A DNA stretch of 63,344 bases, the filler included, from Dirinaria sp. TL-2023a (Eukaryota), in the NCBI GenBank assembly GCA_051941275.1. It is 5 parts of 5 records of this genome, joined end to end, with 100 filler letters (N's around TTAATTAATTAA, not from the genome) between each part and the next. Parts side by side here need not be neighbours in the genome. Positions count along the whole stretch, not along the records: positions 38,171 to 50,714 come from JAVEBF010000755.1; positions 50,815 to 63,344 come from JAVEBF010000756.1; 3 more parts are not named here. One strand, written 5' to 3'. The translations under genes and the position numbers were made by a program. Below are positions 47,904 to 59,440 of the stretch, one piece after another. The notes beneath the pieces were generated by a model, which was given only the letters and a program-made list of their open reading frames with translations, had not been told where the DNA came from and searched no databases. Positions within the stretch are counted from its first letter, which is position 1. Every line of letters starts with the position of its first letter.

Positions 47904-49228
47904 GGTAAAGCGACTCCCCTTTAAATCTAGATCTGGAGGACCTGTCAACGCAAAATGAGCATAACAGATTTGAACTTGAATCCCACAGTAAAGAAAAAGG
48001 CTAAACTGTTAAGCAAGCGCAGCTGAGAGAACGGCTGTACAGTGAGATCGATTCCAATTTGCGCGCCCGTTTACTTTCGATTCTCATGTTTTTTTTAGCA
48101 TGTATTCTGGCTCCTTGGCTCCTTTGGCTCTGAAGTCGACCGTTTGCGCTCTAGGCAATCTTCTTAGACAAGCGAAAGGAACCATGCCCACTTATATTCA
48201 TGGTATGTGAGGCCTCATCAGTCAGCCCCCGGCGAGCGCAAGAAAAACCGGGTTGGCGGGGGTGTATCAGCCATGAAGTGTGAATCCGAAGATAACGATG
48301 CTTTTTTTTTTGCTAAGGTCAGGATAAATTCGATCATCGATTCTTATCTTTGTTATTTATTAGCGGAATGGTCCTAACCTTCTTTGAGGTATAGAGAGAG
48401 GGGTCGGTGAAATATACCTCTTTCTTCGCTTCAGTGATTTGCTTTTGAATGGGTGGAGAAATTTCCTTGTGAGCCCGCGCGAATCTCTGGTTCAACCTGC
48501 GTAATGCGAGGATCTTTTTTTTGTTTTTTTTTTTTTGGGGGATTTCCCGAATATCGTCAGTGGCTTACGATCCCTTTTTCCAAAATTGATTTTTTTTTCC
48601 CGTAAGTGACTTTTCGAGATATAATCTGCCTACTACTACCACATGCAATGCGTGGGGTTTTGTCGAAACTCAAAGGTGGCGAGGAGAATAGGTGTCGGCG
48701 TCCTTAGACAAATGTATAGCTATCTACTAATTACATCCATCTATTTTCATCATCTTGCATTAACAAAAATCTAAAAAAAAATTGAAAAGAATTTACTAAT
48801 CTTTACGCTCGACCTCGCAACCTCTTTTTTTCTTCCATTTCTCACCTAGGACCTCTTCCGCCAACTTAGGATCATGCCATAGGATGCACTGACCAAAAAG
48901 CGTGGAAATTCGAGATAGATCATAGCGATGAAAACCTCTCGACTTTTTTTTGCGAAGCTTGAAGCAAGTTCTTCAGCGAAAGCGCACAATAATAGGCAAA
49001 GAAAATAAGACTTCTTCAAGCGGGTTGACTTCATGTGTTGAGCGAAGTAAGTACCCGCATCTCGTACTTTCTCTTTTCCACTGTTTTTTGATTCAAAGGT
49101 ACTAAGACTCAACACGCAAATGCTGGATGAGTTACAAACAGTAAAAGCCTGAACTACAGATACCGTAGCCCCTTTTCCAGCTATAAAATGAACCGTGCAC
49201 AGCTCCACAATCATTCTCCGCAACTCAC

Positions 49229-50714
49229 TCACATACAATCCTCGCAGCAATTCTCCGCGGCTGGGATCGTCGTCCAGCCGCACCCGCCTCCAGCTGTGGC
49301 ACAATAACTGTGTGAGTTACACATGCAGGGGTAAGCAGCGTCAATGGGAGTTGCACTAGATTTATTATTATCTGCACCGCTTGAAGCCCAATTTACATAT
49401 ATAAGAATAAAATACGCACAATCGCGGTTTTTTGGAAGGGGGGAGAGAGGGGCTTGCTTACATGGGAACGCAAGAAAAGGTTGGTGGGGAAGTGGTGTAC
49501 GTAAGTAAAGAGGATACGGTCGCTGATGATGTTAACCGAGTAGGAGTAGCGTCCTCGGTCGTTGGAGCTGCTGATGAGAGTGATGCTGACGTAGACGGAG
49601 CAGCGCCGTTGTTGATCGACTGCGACGGGGACGGGGCCTGTGAAGAAATTGCGGATGGCGAGGCGGCCTGCGAAGAACGGGATCGACTCAAGTCTCTCGT
49701 ACCAGCAGCACTCGAGATCGGAGCCGCACCGACTCCATCAGTGATCGAATTCGATAGAAACTCCCCCATCACGACCGCCGAGACGGCTGCGTAAGGAATC
49801 GTATTCGAAACCTCACTGTAGATCGCTGGCGTTGCTAAAGTGTTTTCTACACTGCTAGCGCTGTCCGATGCGGTGGACGTTGCGATCCTATCCGTTGCGG
49901 TGCAAACTTGAAATGTGGAGTAGCATGTTGTGGAGCAGGTTCGCGGCGCTGAGACGGTGTTAGCAGCAGTGGCTGCGGTACGGCAGATGACGCTGCAATC
50001 CGAGGCTGTTTCGGAGTTGGTACAGCTGGTGGGCGAGGAGCGGGCAGTACTTTGAGCGGAGTGCTGAGTTGTGGAGGGTTGATTGCTCGTGGGTTGGTTA
50101 GTAGTGGGTTTCCTACTATGCCTGGGGTCGGAATTTGGAGGATTATTTGCGTCATTGCCAGGGTCCGGAGGGTGAGCGGGTAGGTTAGGTATAGGATCTC
50201 CTGGAGATATGGTGGGGAGCTTCCAGCCTATCCCGCCAGGTCCTATGATGGCGGGAAAAGTGACTCCGGCAGGGCCGACAATACTTGTTGTCAGCGTTGA
50301 TTTTAACGTTTGATATTGGACGTATGTAGTTGGTGAGAAAGTTTCGGACGAGGTTGAGCCTCCAACGGTCTCTAGCATCACTGTAGGAATGGGTCCTTCA
50401 CTTGAAGCAACTGTCGTCGGCGATTCACTTGAAGTAGAGGAGCCGTCCCCTGCAGACGCAGACCCAACGGTCCTAGAGCCTCTCATGCCCTGTCTTGATG
50501 GACTAGCGATAGTGGACCCTGTTGAAGTGGTGCTAGAGCTTGGTTCGCTTTGGACTACTGGTCTGGTAGAAGTATAGCCAGTGATGGAAGAGCTGGATCT
50601 GCCAGTACTATGGTCTGTCACACCCAGGCTTGGCGGATGCACGATCGGAGAACGGAAAGTACTTAATTCTGACTCAGTGTTGCTCAAAGATCCTGTGCCT
50701 TGGTTTGATGGCTT
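49229..50714 (-). CDS. 3' fragment of a Ser/Thr-rich, probably extracellular protein with Cys-rich modules (5' end lost at contig break)
   Basis: Open frame from the gap to 49462 with IIGPGGIGW and CTNSETASDCSVIC...TCSTTCYSTFQVC. Intron 49461..49356 adds ATPIDAAYPCMCNSHSYCATAGGGCGWTTIPAAENCCEDCM*. Confidence 0.7.
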
Positions 50715-50814
50715 NNNNNNNNNNNNNNNNNNNNNNNNNNNNNNNNNNNNNNNNNNNNTTAATTAATTAANNNNNNNNNNNNNNNNNNNNNNNNNNNNNN
50801 NNNNNNNNNNNNNN
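50715..50814. other. Artificial contig spacer
   Basis: N44-TTAATTAATTAA-N44. Confidence 0.97.
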
Positions 50815-51131
50815 AGCTGGTATTTACAAATCGGGCACGTGGAGCCGTTCCCACCTTTCGGTGCTGGTGAGAGCCAGAGCGAGAGACAGTCGTAGCCGAC
50901 GCGGTGACCGCAGGGAAGTCGGACGGGCGGTTCGATCCTCAACGTGTCTGGGCTGAGGACGTTGTACTGGTTGAGGCAAACGGGGCAGACTCCGTCCTCG
51001 CATCTGAAGTTCGTGCAGTTGTCGAGCTCCATCTTGCGGCGTGCTTCGTCGACGAAGCAGTTTGGGCATGGGTGCGTGTCTGATGCTTGGGTTTGGTGCC
51101 CGCATGGGGTGCTTCGCTGTATGTGGGACAT
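50815..51131 (-). CDS. RING-finger protein, 5' fragment (truncated by contig end)
   Basis: CPVC...PVRLPCGHRVGYDCLSLWL...TCPIC. Confidence 0.8.
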
Positions 51132-51529
51132 TTTTTGCGAGGTAGGTGGTGGGTTCAAGGAAGTTCAGTATCGGACGAATTATGGTTGATGATTGATGGA
51201 GGACTGATCGTATGGATTCTGATCCAGGAGACCGATGGTCGAGCTTTTTCAAGAGGATTGGGATACAAAGGCGAAGAATTCTTCGACAAAGGCTTTATGA
51301 TGTGGGAGAGAGTGCCCTTTCTCTTTGTACTGATGGCTCTCATCACACTGGCCCACAATGCCATTGTTTCGCACTGGACTATGTCACTCAAGTCTTTTGA
51401 ATGTCTATAAAGCGCTTGATGTTCTGATTTTGGAAGATCATAGGAACGTCGCAGCAGATCGTGAAATCAAAGCAATCAACTCTCAAGAAATCTTCTGGAA
51501 AGGCCTTTCGACCTCAATCTCGCCGCACT

Positions 51530-52312
51530 ATGGCCGAACCAGAGCAGAGTTTCTATTGGGATACCCTTCCCCAACTCTTAGTTGAAGAACTGGCTCCTGA
51601 AGATCGGAAATGTAACATTTGTTTCGCCGATTACGAAGCCGAAATTGCTCCAGAAGTAAAGGGTGAATGCCCTGTACAACTGCCCTGCAAGCACGTTTTC
51701 GGCCTTGGGTGCCTTAAGACATGGCTGGCCCAAAACAATACTTGCCCAATTTGTCGGCGAGAGTTGTTCCCTCCGCCGCCGCACTCCCCGCCGCTAGATT
51801 CGCCTCCGCTGGAATTGGTTGGGCAACAAAGGTTTACCCTGCCGGTAGCATTTAGCCAGGAAATGATTAGGATTATGCGTGGGGAGTCGCTGCAGAGAAC
51901 CACCGCAGATCTCAACATAGCGAGGTCTGAACGAGCTCAGTGGAACTTCATATTTCACCAACGAGTAGCTTCGGAATTGCCACAAAATCCGTTCGGAACA
52001 GACTATTTACAATTCGCAGGGTACCTTCGCGGCCATTTCCGATCCGAATTCTTGGACGAGCTACTCTCCATCGAACAGCAGTATCAGCTCTATCTTTACT
52101 TCCAGCAACGGGGGTGTTTTGAAGGTATGGGTTTCGATATTTTGAGACAAGCGACTAGACAAGGGGACATGCTGATATATCTTCACATGATGACTGAATA
52201 TGTTTGTTGGGTCGATGATTGTTGGCGAACTCTCGACGGGGAGAGCTTTCTCCCGCATGGCTGGGAAGGGGGGTACCGCCCCGAGCTTTTTGAGGGTTTG
52301 GAGGTCGATTGA
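51530..52312 (+). CDS. RING-finger protein (putative E3 ligase)
   Basis: CNIC...PVQLPCKHVFGLGCLKTWLAQNNTCPICRRELF; first ATG in the ORF is at 51530. Confidence 0.85.
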   Translation: MAEPEQSFYWDTLPQLLVEELAPEDRKCNICFADYEAEIAPEVKGECPVQLPCKHVFGLGCLKTWLAQNNTCPICRRELFPPPPHSPPLDSPPLELVGQQRFTLPVAFSQEMIRIMRGESLQRTTADLNIARSERAQWNFIFHQRVASELPQNPFGTDYLQFAGYLRGHFRSEFLDELLSIEQQYQLYLYFQQRGCFEGMGFDILRQATRQGDMLIYLHMMTEYVCWVDDCWRTLDGESFLPHGWEGGYRPELFEGLEVD

Positions 52313-53891
52313 TGGACAAGTAATTTCCAGCATGCATACTGTTGATCATCGAGAAAGGAGGACGGGAGGAAGGAAAGATTGGTGACAGTAATAAGTAGCT
52401 TTTGGCATGCATAGTCACTGTTGGTAATTTCTCTTTAGGCTTTGTTACTCCTATTTAATAGATCGTCGGACTGGGAGCCTGTTAGTTTAGTATCTGCGGA
52501 ATCGAATGGTGCGTGCTTCCTTATAGGCTTATAGCATGTAAATTGACAAAGTCTTTCATATTCCACGCTCTGTGCTCCGTATCCTATGCTCTATTTTCGA
52601 CTTCTCAAGCTGCAGCGAACACGTTGATCCATGGTCGGTTCTCTGCCATTATCTTCAGGGTGGTGTTTTTCGGTCAATTTTCAGAATGGACCATTTCAGA
52701 GTAAAAGATTTTCTCTTCCGTAGGATCATCGCATTCATGTAGGGTTAGCCCAACCTTTGCTTCAAGAAAGTAAGGTATTTAGTTAAGGCATCAACGTTTA
52801 CCTTACTACTTCGAAAGCCTCATCTGTTCATTTGGGTATGGTGGCGCTCGCGATCCAACTCAGCACAGCACTTGAATTCAGCTTTGCGTTAACCCAACTA
52901 AAACCTTTAAAATCGTACGTTTGTGACTATGGGATACTTTCCAACTCAGCGACGTTGGGCATGGCATTATCATTGGGGCGCATATAGAAAGCGGCTGCTA
53001 GCTCGAGACCCTCTTCAACCCTAAGGTATCTTGAGGGAAAGTGCGGGTAAGGCGCTCACGCTAATGGGTTTTTGCTCAAACTCTATCGGGCTGCCGAGGA
53101 AAAGATGATAATGCTTTCAGATTCAAATGAAAGTCCTTCAGAACCAATTATTATCAGCCAGCAGAGAGGATTGCAACACATTCCATTAACCATATCAAGG
53201 GTTTTTTTGGAGCTCTGTTGAGGTAACAAGAGAGACATAATAATAACGCTTTAAAATTCAGAAACACAGTCCTAAAGATCAAAATCGATCGTTGTCAGGA
53301 ACGAAAAAACCGAAGAGCTGCGGGGCTCTCAGACCAATCGAATCTACCTAGGTTTCTGAAGAAAGTGAAGAACGGGTTGCACGGAACCAAGTATCATGCA
53401 GTTCAAGCTAAAATTCTCCGGGCTGGAAGAGGAGCGGGGTTTCAGTGCTTTTAGTCCTCAGCGGTCGCACCCTAAAACTCGGTTTCTCCTTTAGCACTTC
53501 TATAAGGCGCATCTATGTACTTTAGCCAATGCTCCGGTCATGCATGCAAGGAACCAAAGCAAGGCTATGACACCATATTATTTGCCTAAGTTCATCGATC
53601 GGCAATACCACATGGATACAGGGATTTGAAGCCTCTCATAATCGCCCACTACCGTCATGCTCAAAGTGAAGGCTTGTCAATTCGTATCTCGATCGAGCCA
53701 AAGCTTGAACCCGTTATTTTCTTGACGTTGGTGTCGTTTTCCCCTGACTGGGATATGTCTGCGAACGCCTGTTTGCTCGCTAAAACGGCGCCCTTCGACA
53801 GCCATGTTGCGTCCTTCTACGTTTGTTTTGATGTTTCCAAAAAGTTTTCATCGCTTCAAAGTTCCTTTGCTTTCCAGCTTTATTCGTTGTG

Positions 53892-56041
53892 ATGGAAGAC
53901 CCCACGACTGCGATTCCTCAATTGGCGCAAGTGCCACAGTGTGCTGTAAGTCAAATATTCTTCCACGTCCAGACCATGTTCTTGGCTCATGTCCGAAACA
54001 GTATCCAGCCTACTTAGCAATCGCAGCGAAATGTGGCCTCAATCTTCCATGTATCTGCAGCGATGACGACTTCCTCACCACGCTACAAGGTGTTATCCTT
54101 AGTGGCAACTACACAGCAGTGGAAGCACAAGGTTCGTGCTCCTCCCCATGATTTCCCTAGCGTTTCCTTGGGAAACTTTCCATTGTAGGTTGGGAGACTC
54201 TGGTATGCTGACTCCATGAGATAGAGTCTGTGGCTTCGACAAGGAAAATCTGTATTCAGGCGGTGCCATCATTGAACGATAATCTTGGGCCAGGGATGGT
54301 AGCCGGCATCGTCGTAATGACCGTGATTGCTACCATTGCAGTTGTTCTCAGAATGATATCTCGACGAATGAACAAGACAAACATGGGTTGGGATGACTAT
54401 CTCGTCTTGTTTGCGCTGGTGCGATCCTTCCAAAATCCTAGTCTTGCTTCACACTGATTGTCAGATCTGGACATACGGCTTGACCATCACCCAGTGTATA
54501 GGTATTGTCTAAGCCTGGCCAGTATAAAATACAAAACATGGGTTCACTTCGAGTAGCTGTCCATTACGGACTAGGAAGGCACATATTTGTGCTCGGTCTT
54601 CCACAACTCGTCAAATTCTCCAAAGTAAGTATCCTAAATTTCCGCGAAAACACACCTACTGACATCATTGTAGAGCTTCTTCGCTACAACCATCATCTTC
54701 GATGTCGCTGTAACGCCAATCAAGTTGTCCGCTCTAGTTTTCTACCATCGCATCATCCCAGTGCGGCGGTTTACCATAGCCTGCGTCGTCGTTGGGCTGC
54801 TTGTCATTGCCTGGCTTATTGGGTGCCTGTTTGCACAATTCTTTACATGTATTCCCCTGGCCTACAATTGGGACAAATCCATCCCAGGTGGTCATTGTAT
54901 TGATGAGAGGAAGCTGGCTTACTACGGTAATTTCCATCGATGGCAGTTGAACGATTGAACTTCTCTGGAACCGAAACTCCTAACCTGAGTCCACGTAGGT
55001 GTTGGCCCTACCGATATTCTGACCAACTTATTGATTCTGATTCTACCGTAAGTGTTCCACACATTTAAATAGAATGGTCTGAAACAGTCAGGTGATATTT
55101 GATTGTACGATGAAGCTGACTTGGATTATTGCTCAGGATCCCCCACATCTGGAAGTTGCAAATGCCATTAGCGAGGAAAATCGTCAGTCATTCCCTGTGT
55201 TCCTTGACGCTGAGTGGCGAATGCTCGAACACAGCTCCCCTGTCTTCGATCTTCTTTATACTTTTGTAGGACAGTATGGCTAACTGCGGGTTTCGTACAG
55301 GCTGTAATATTTATCTTCCTCCTGGGTGGTTTGTAAGTGCTTTCATTTCCATTTCCGGACCTTCTCCTAACGTGTAGCTTGTAGTGTCACAGTTGGGAGC
55401 GCTATCCGGATTCCCATGGTAAAGAAATTGAAGATCACCGATGTCACTTGTGAGTCTTCCCATATGGCGAACTCTGGCTCAGCCAGGTACTAATTGTTAC
55501 TAGACACGAGTGTTGACCTGAGTATGTGGATCAATGTTGGTACGTAGAGCCTACGCAGTCCAATGGACCTCCTCTCAGAAAGTCGTGCAATGCGTGCGTC
55601 CGACAGTTTCTTCGGAAGAGTCTCGCAGCAAATCGCTGCTTTAGCATTGCTGACTTCATTCTTCGAGAAGAATGCAATATAGGTATACTCTCAGTATCCC
55701 TTCCGCTCATGCGCCCCGTCCTCAGTAAAGTCTTCCCATCCGCCTTCCGTACACGGTTCACATCGAAACGGGGCGCTTCACGGTACACCAACGGGTCTCA
55801 ACGCCTCCAAGACGGTAAACTTAGCATTCCGCCGACACACATGAGCAGTCGCAGTGCGGGTGACGCATATGGCGGGGCACGGAAACATAAATTCTGGTTC
55901 AACAACGCGCCGTACGCAAGCAGAAACGATGAAACTATCTCCGATGGAAGCCAGGAAGACATGGTGCCCATGGGCCAAATCGCTGTCAAGCATGATGTTA
56001 CATGGCAAGAGGGAGATGGATTGCGAGATGAGAGGGTGTAA
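53892..56041 (+). CDS. PTH11-like receptor with degenerate CFEM-like N-terminus, many short exons
   Basis: Hand-spliced MEDPTTAIPQLAQVPQCA-YPAYLAIAAKCGLNLPCICSDDDF..., then LRMISRR...GWDDYL, HYGLGRH, KLSALVFYHRI, CIPLAYNWDK..GGHC, IWKLQMP and ECNIGILSVSLPLMRP. Confidence 0.85.
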
Positions 56042-56952
56042 TAATTTCATCACGATAAGTGGGACCAATATGTATATGTAGGAGTATCAATGGCCAAGCT
56101 GAAGAACAGCAATTTGCCCAACTTTTCATCCCGAAGACCCAAATTGCTTAGCGTTGAAGATAAGGATGAACATGAAGATGAAAATGGAGCTGCTTCGCTT
56201 GCGCTAAACTCGCTGAGATATCAGAACCTGGACAAGGATGTGCTGCGACCAAAGATAAGTCTAGTGTTTCCTCTACGCAATCAAGTATCTCAGTACTTAA
56301 TGCGGATACGGACCTATCGGTATACCTGCCTAGGTAAGTGATATTAGCCTTTCTCAGCAAATTTCCATTTTCATAAAGTAGAGTACGAAACGCTGAGAGC
56401 CACCGAGATAACCACATCATCAAGCCGTTATTACTCCAACCACCAATACCATTGTATCATCGTCATATTTTATCACAGGATGCTGTGCAGTATCTTTTCA
56501 TCAGGTTATTTGAGCTGATCCAAACCCTTCCCCAGGAGGCCATTATGTAGATACGGCGGCTTGGCAAGGGTAATATTTCCGACTGAAACACGTTCTCAGT
56601 ATGTGAAAACGCTTTCGATTAGCACAATTCGAATGCTTGAATTGCCTGCTTGACGATTGTTGTTGTTCGCCTTTTTGAGCCATCGATCAATGGGAATTGA
56701 AGAACGGCGCTTGCGGGCACTACTGTTCCACCCTAATCTAGCTTCCGCCTCGAGCCCTTTTCTCTTTGAGGGGCCCTGACGCTGGCGTCGACGATGATAC
56801 TTTTTTCGGAGCCACAGGCGACATGCTATAGCCGAAGGTTAAGGGAATTCAGCTGATAAAAGGTTGCTCGCGGACCAGCATAAAAGGATCCGCTTTCAGT
56901 ATGTGTCGAAACATTTCCCAAATGGTGCGAAAGCGTGGTCAAGATTACATCA

Positions 56953-57676
56953 ATGTGGACAGCCTGGATGCTATTGGTCCCACTGGTGCTGCTATTTCAG
57001 TGGATAACCTCTGTTGTAGCAGTACCATCGCCAGTGCGTCTGGTTTTACCCTCTAACTTGCGAAACCTGACGCAGTTCAGGCATGAAAATGCGACTCTCC
57101 CATTAACGTCAAGGTAAACGATCCTTGCATGACCGGTGCTGCAATTCTTCTACAACCTTTCTCCATCCGCTGGTTGCTCTGGCTCCTTCCAGGAAAGATT
57201 GCTAATTTTGGTTCCGCGAATCCTGTAGTGGGCGTCTCTCGCGACCCTCCTGGCTTCCCGATCCCTTTGACCTCCCTTTCGAGGACGCACCCCCCTACCC
57301 TCCTCACAACGTCATTGTAGAAATCTACGGCTACCAGTCCAGCCTCGACTATCATGGTATCCAAACCGTGTTCATGGACGCATATATGGACGCCCCGCAA
57401 ATCGACCGGCCGATGGGGTTGAAGCGAATTCAATACACTAGCAGCAGGGGCCCGACTGGGGGAGAGCCTGTGACTGTGATTTTCTTTCCTAGGCCAACTA
57501 CGACTTGGATGCAGTGGTATGACGCAGCTGTCACGGCGCATCAGTTCTGGACTAGTGTGGCTTTGGAGCATCAGAAAGGTTTTAGCTTTCAGTTCTTGTT
57601 GCTCGAGGTAGCGGGTGAAGATGAGATCGGATATGGTGTTGTTGAAAGAGCAGTTCTCAAGAAGACGGAACAATAG
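56953..57676 (+). CDS. Small secreted protein of unknown function, 2 exons, 202 aa
   Basis: Signal peptide MWTAWMLLVPLVLLFQWITSVVA. Intron 57114..57228 (GTAAAC...GCTAAT...TAG) joins it in frame to ORF 57368..57676. Confidence 0.7.
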
Positions 57677-58919
57677 AGAGAGTTGAAGGGATGAAGTGCA
57701 TTCGCTCTTGGGAATTGTTGGGACTCGTCAATGAAAAGGAGGCTTAAATCACAACATGAGGGTCTCTATCTGCCGAAAACCCCACTGTCTGACTGCGATC
57801 ACGACTAATATTTGATTCCATGAGCGTTACCTTGGCTGAATTGCACATAGGTCCGCAAGCTCGGCTTTAGGTCGGCCGGTATTATAGACCCTCTCGACCT
57901 TTATGTTGCATTTTGGCAGTGCTTTGGATAGTTTATATGGCGGCTTGTGAATATGATATCTCAAGGCACCTCCCCTGGCTTCCACAATTTGCTTCAGGAT
58001 GGCCTGCTTGAATGTCGTCGTCAATTCCACATTGCTGAAACCCACTCTAACTTTTCACTGTTGCAAAATCGCTGCAAGTATCTTGGCGCATAAAAATTTC
58101 CCACGTTGCATTGCCAAGCGAAGATGAAGCCAATGGCCAACGGAATGTTTCTTCCATAACTATGTACCGTTACCTTGTCGACGAAGTCGACGAAAATCTC
58201 CGACTGGTCTGCTGCCCCTCATGGAGTGAGTTGAAGGTCCAACAGGCACTATGACGAGAAAGGTCAAAAGAAGCGAGGGGATGGCTGCCGTGCTTCTTTG
58301 TGCAGGAGCCCTCGTAGCCTCTGTACTGTAATGGTGGTGGTCACTGCGCCTTGGCATGAGAGTAGCCGAATTGCTATCCATTGAAATATCGGAGCCCAGT
58401 ACTATTGGCAAATTGACTGACTTGGTGGCAGCAAACAGTCCATTCTGAACAGAGCTCCTTAAAGATTGGCGAGGGACCTTTGAGCGATAGCTCGTCCATT
58501 GCTTCGGAGTCCTCCGTACCATTACCTTGAAGGATTGTCTAGCTACCAATTAGTGTGGGTGCGCTTCGGGTACGTGCGCAGCCGCAGGATTAGTGGCAGG
58601 CATGATGTGGGGAGTAGGTATGATGACCGTAGCTGATGAGATCAACCGATTGGAAAGCCTTTCACAGAGATTGATCACGTATCAGGTAGGTCATGAGGTT
58701 CGCACATCAATATCACAACAGTAGGCATTTACAGAGAGCTGAGTATTTTGACTACGCTTTACATGACTTTGTACTTGAGCTTTATGTCAATTGCATTTGA
58801 CTTTTTCTATGATAGCAGCCTCAAGCGGGCCGTCCGGGCACTTCCCGTCCCATAAACCTTGAGGTAGTCTGCTAACTCCGACTAGAGTCTCTCAACTCCC
58901 TATCAAGGCGGTATGGCCC

Positions 58920-59440
58920 TCAACTGCCGTTCTGGACGTGGGCCTTGTGTGTCTCGACGTGGTCATTGATATGCGCCGTGTCGTAATATGCTCGGATTTT
59001 GGTGATTTTACCGTCAAGGTCGAACCGCACAATGTACACGAATTCGTGGTTCCATTTCTTCCCTTCTGTACAGTCAGCCAGCATGACAGAAGCCGACCTC
59101 ACTGCAAAATGCCAATAGGTAACTCACCAGATTTAGCCTTGGCTTGGGTTTTCATTTCGACAGTAGCCCACGGCGATTCTCCACCTCCAATGACGCGCAC
59201 AATGTCCAGCTTGATCCCTTTGCTGACGTCGATGATGTCGAGGGCGCGATCTCTGTTGTGCTTCGTGAGAGCATCGATGCCTTTGTGTGTGCCAGCGAAG
59301 TGGTGATCGTCGCCCACGATGGTCGTCTCGACATTGGGGGCAACACGAGCGCTGAACTTGTCCATCGTCTCCGGAGATTCTCTCCAGGAGAATATGTCCT
59401 CGATCTCGTACGAGCTTGGGTATGGGGCTTTGCGAGACAT
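58920..59440 (-). CDS. SnoaL/NTF2-like fold protein, 2 exons
   Basis: VAPNVETTIVGDDHHFAGTHKG...VIGGGESPWATVEM...KS-GKKWNHEFVYIVRFDLDGKITKIRAYYDT; one GT-AG intron. Confidence 0.85.

Noticed and set aside
48000..49304. ORF 48846..49304 and the surrounding A/T-run-rich tract as a gene
   Set aside because: No recognisable motif; it overlaps the last exon of the Ser/Thr-rich gene in another frame and is probably decayed sequence.
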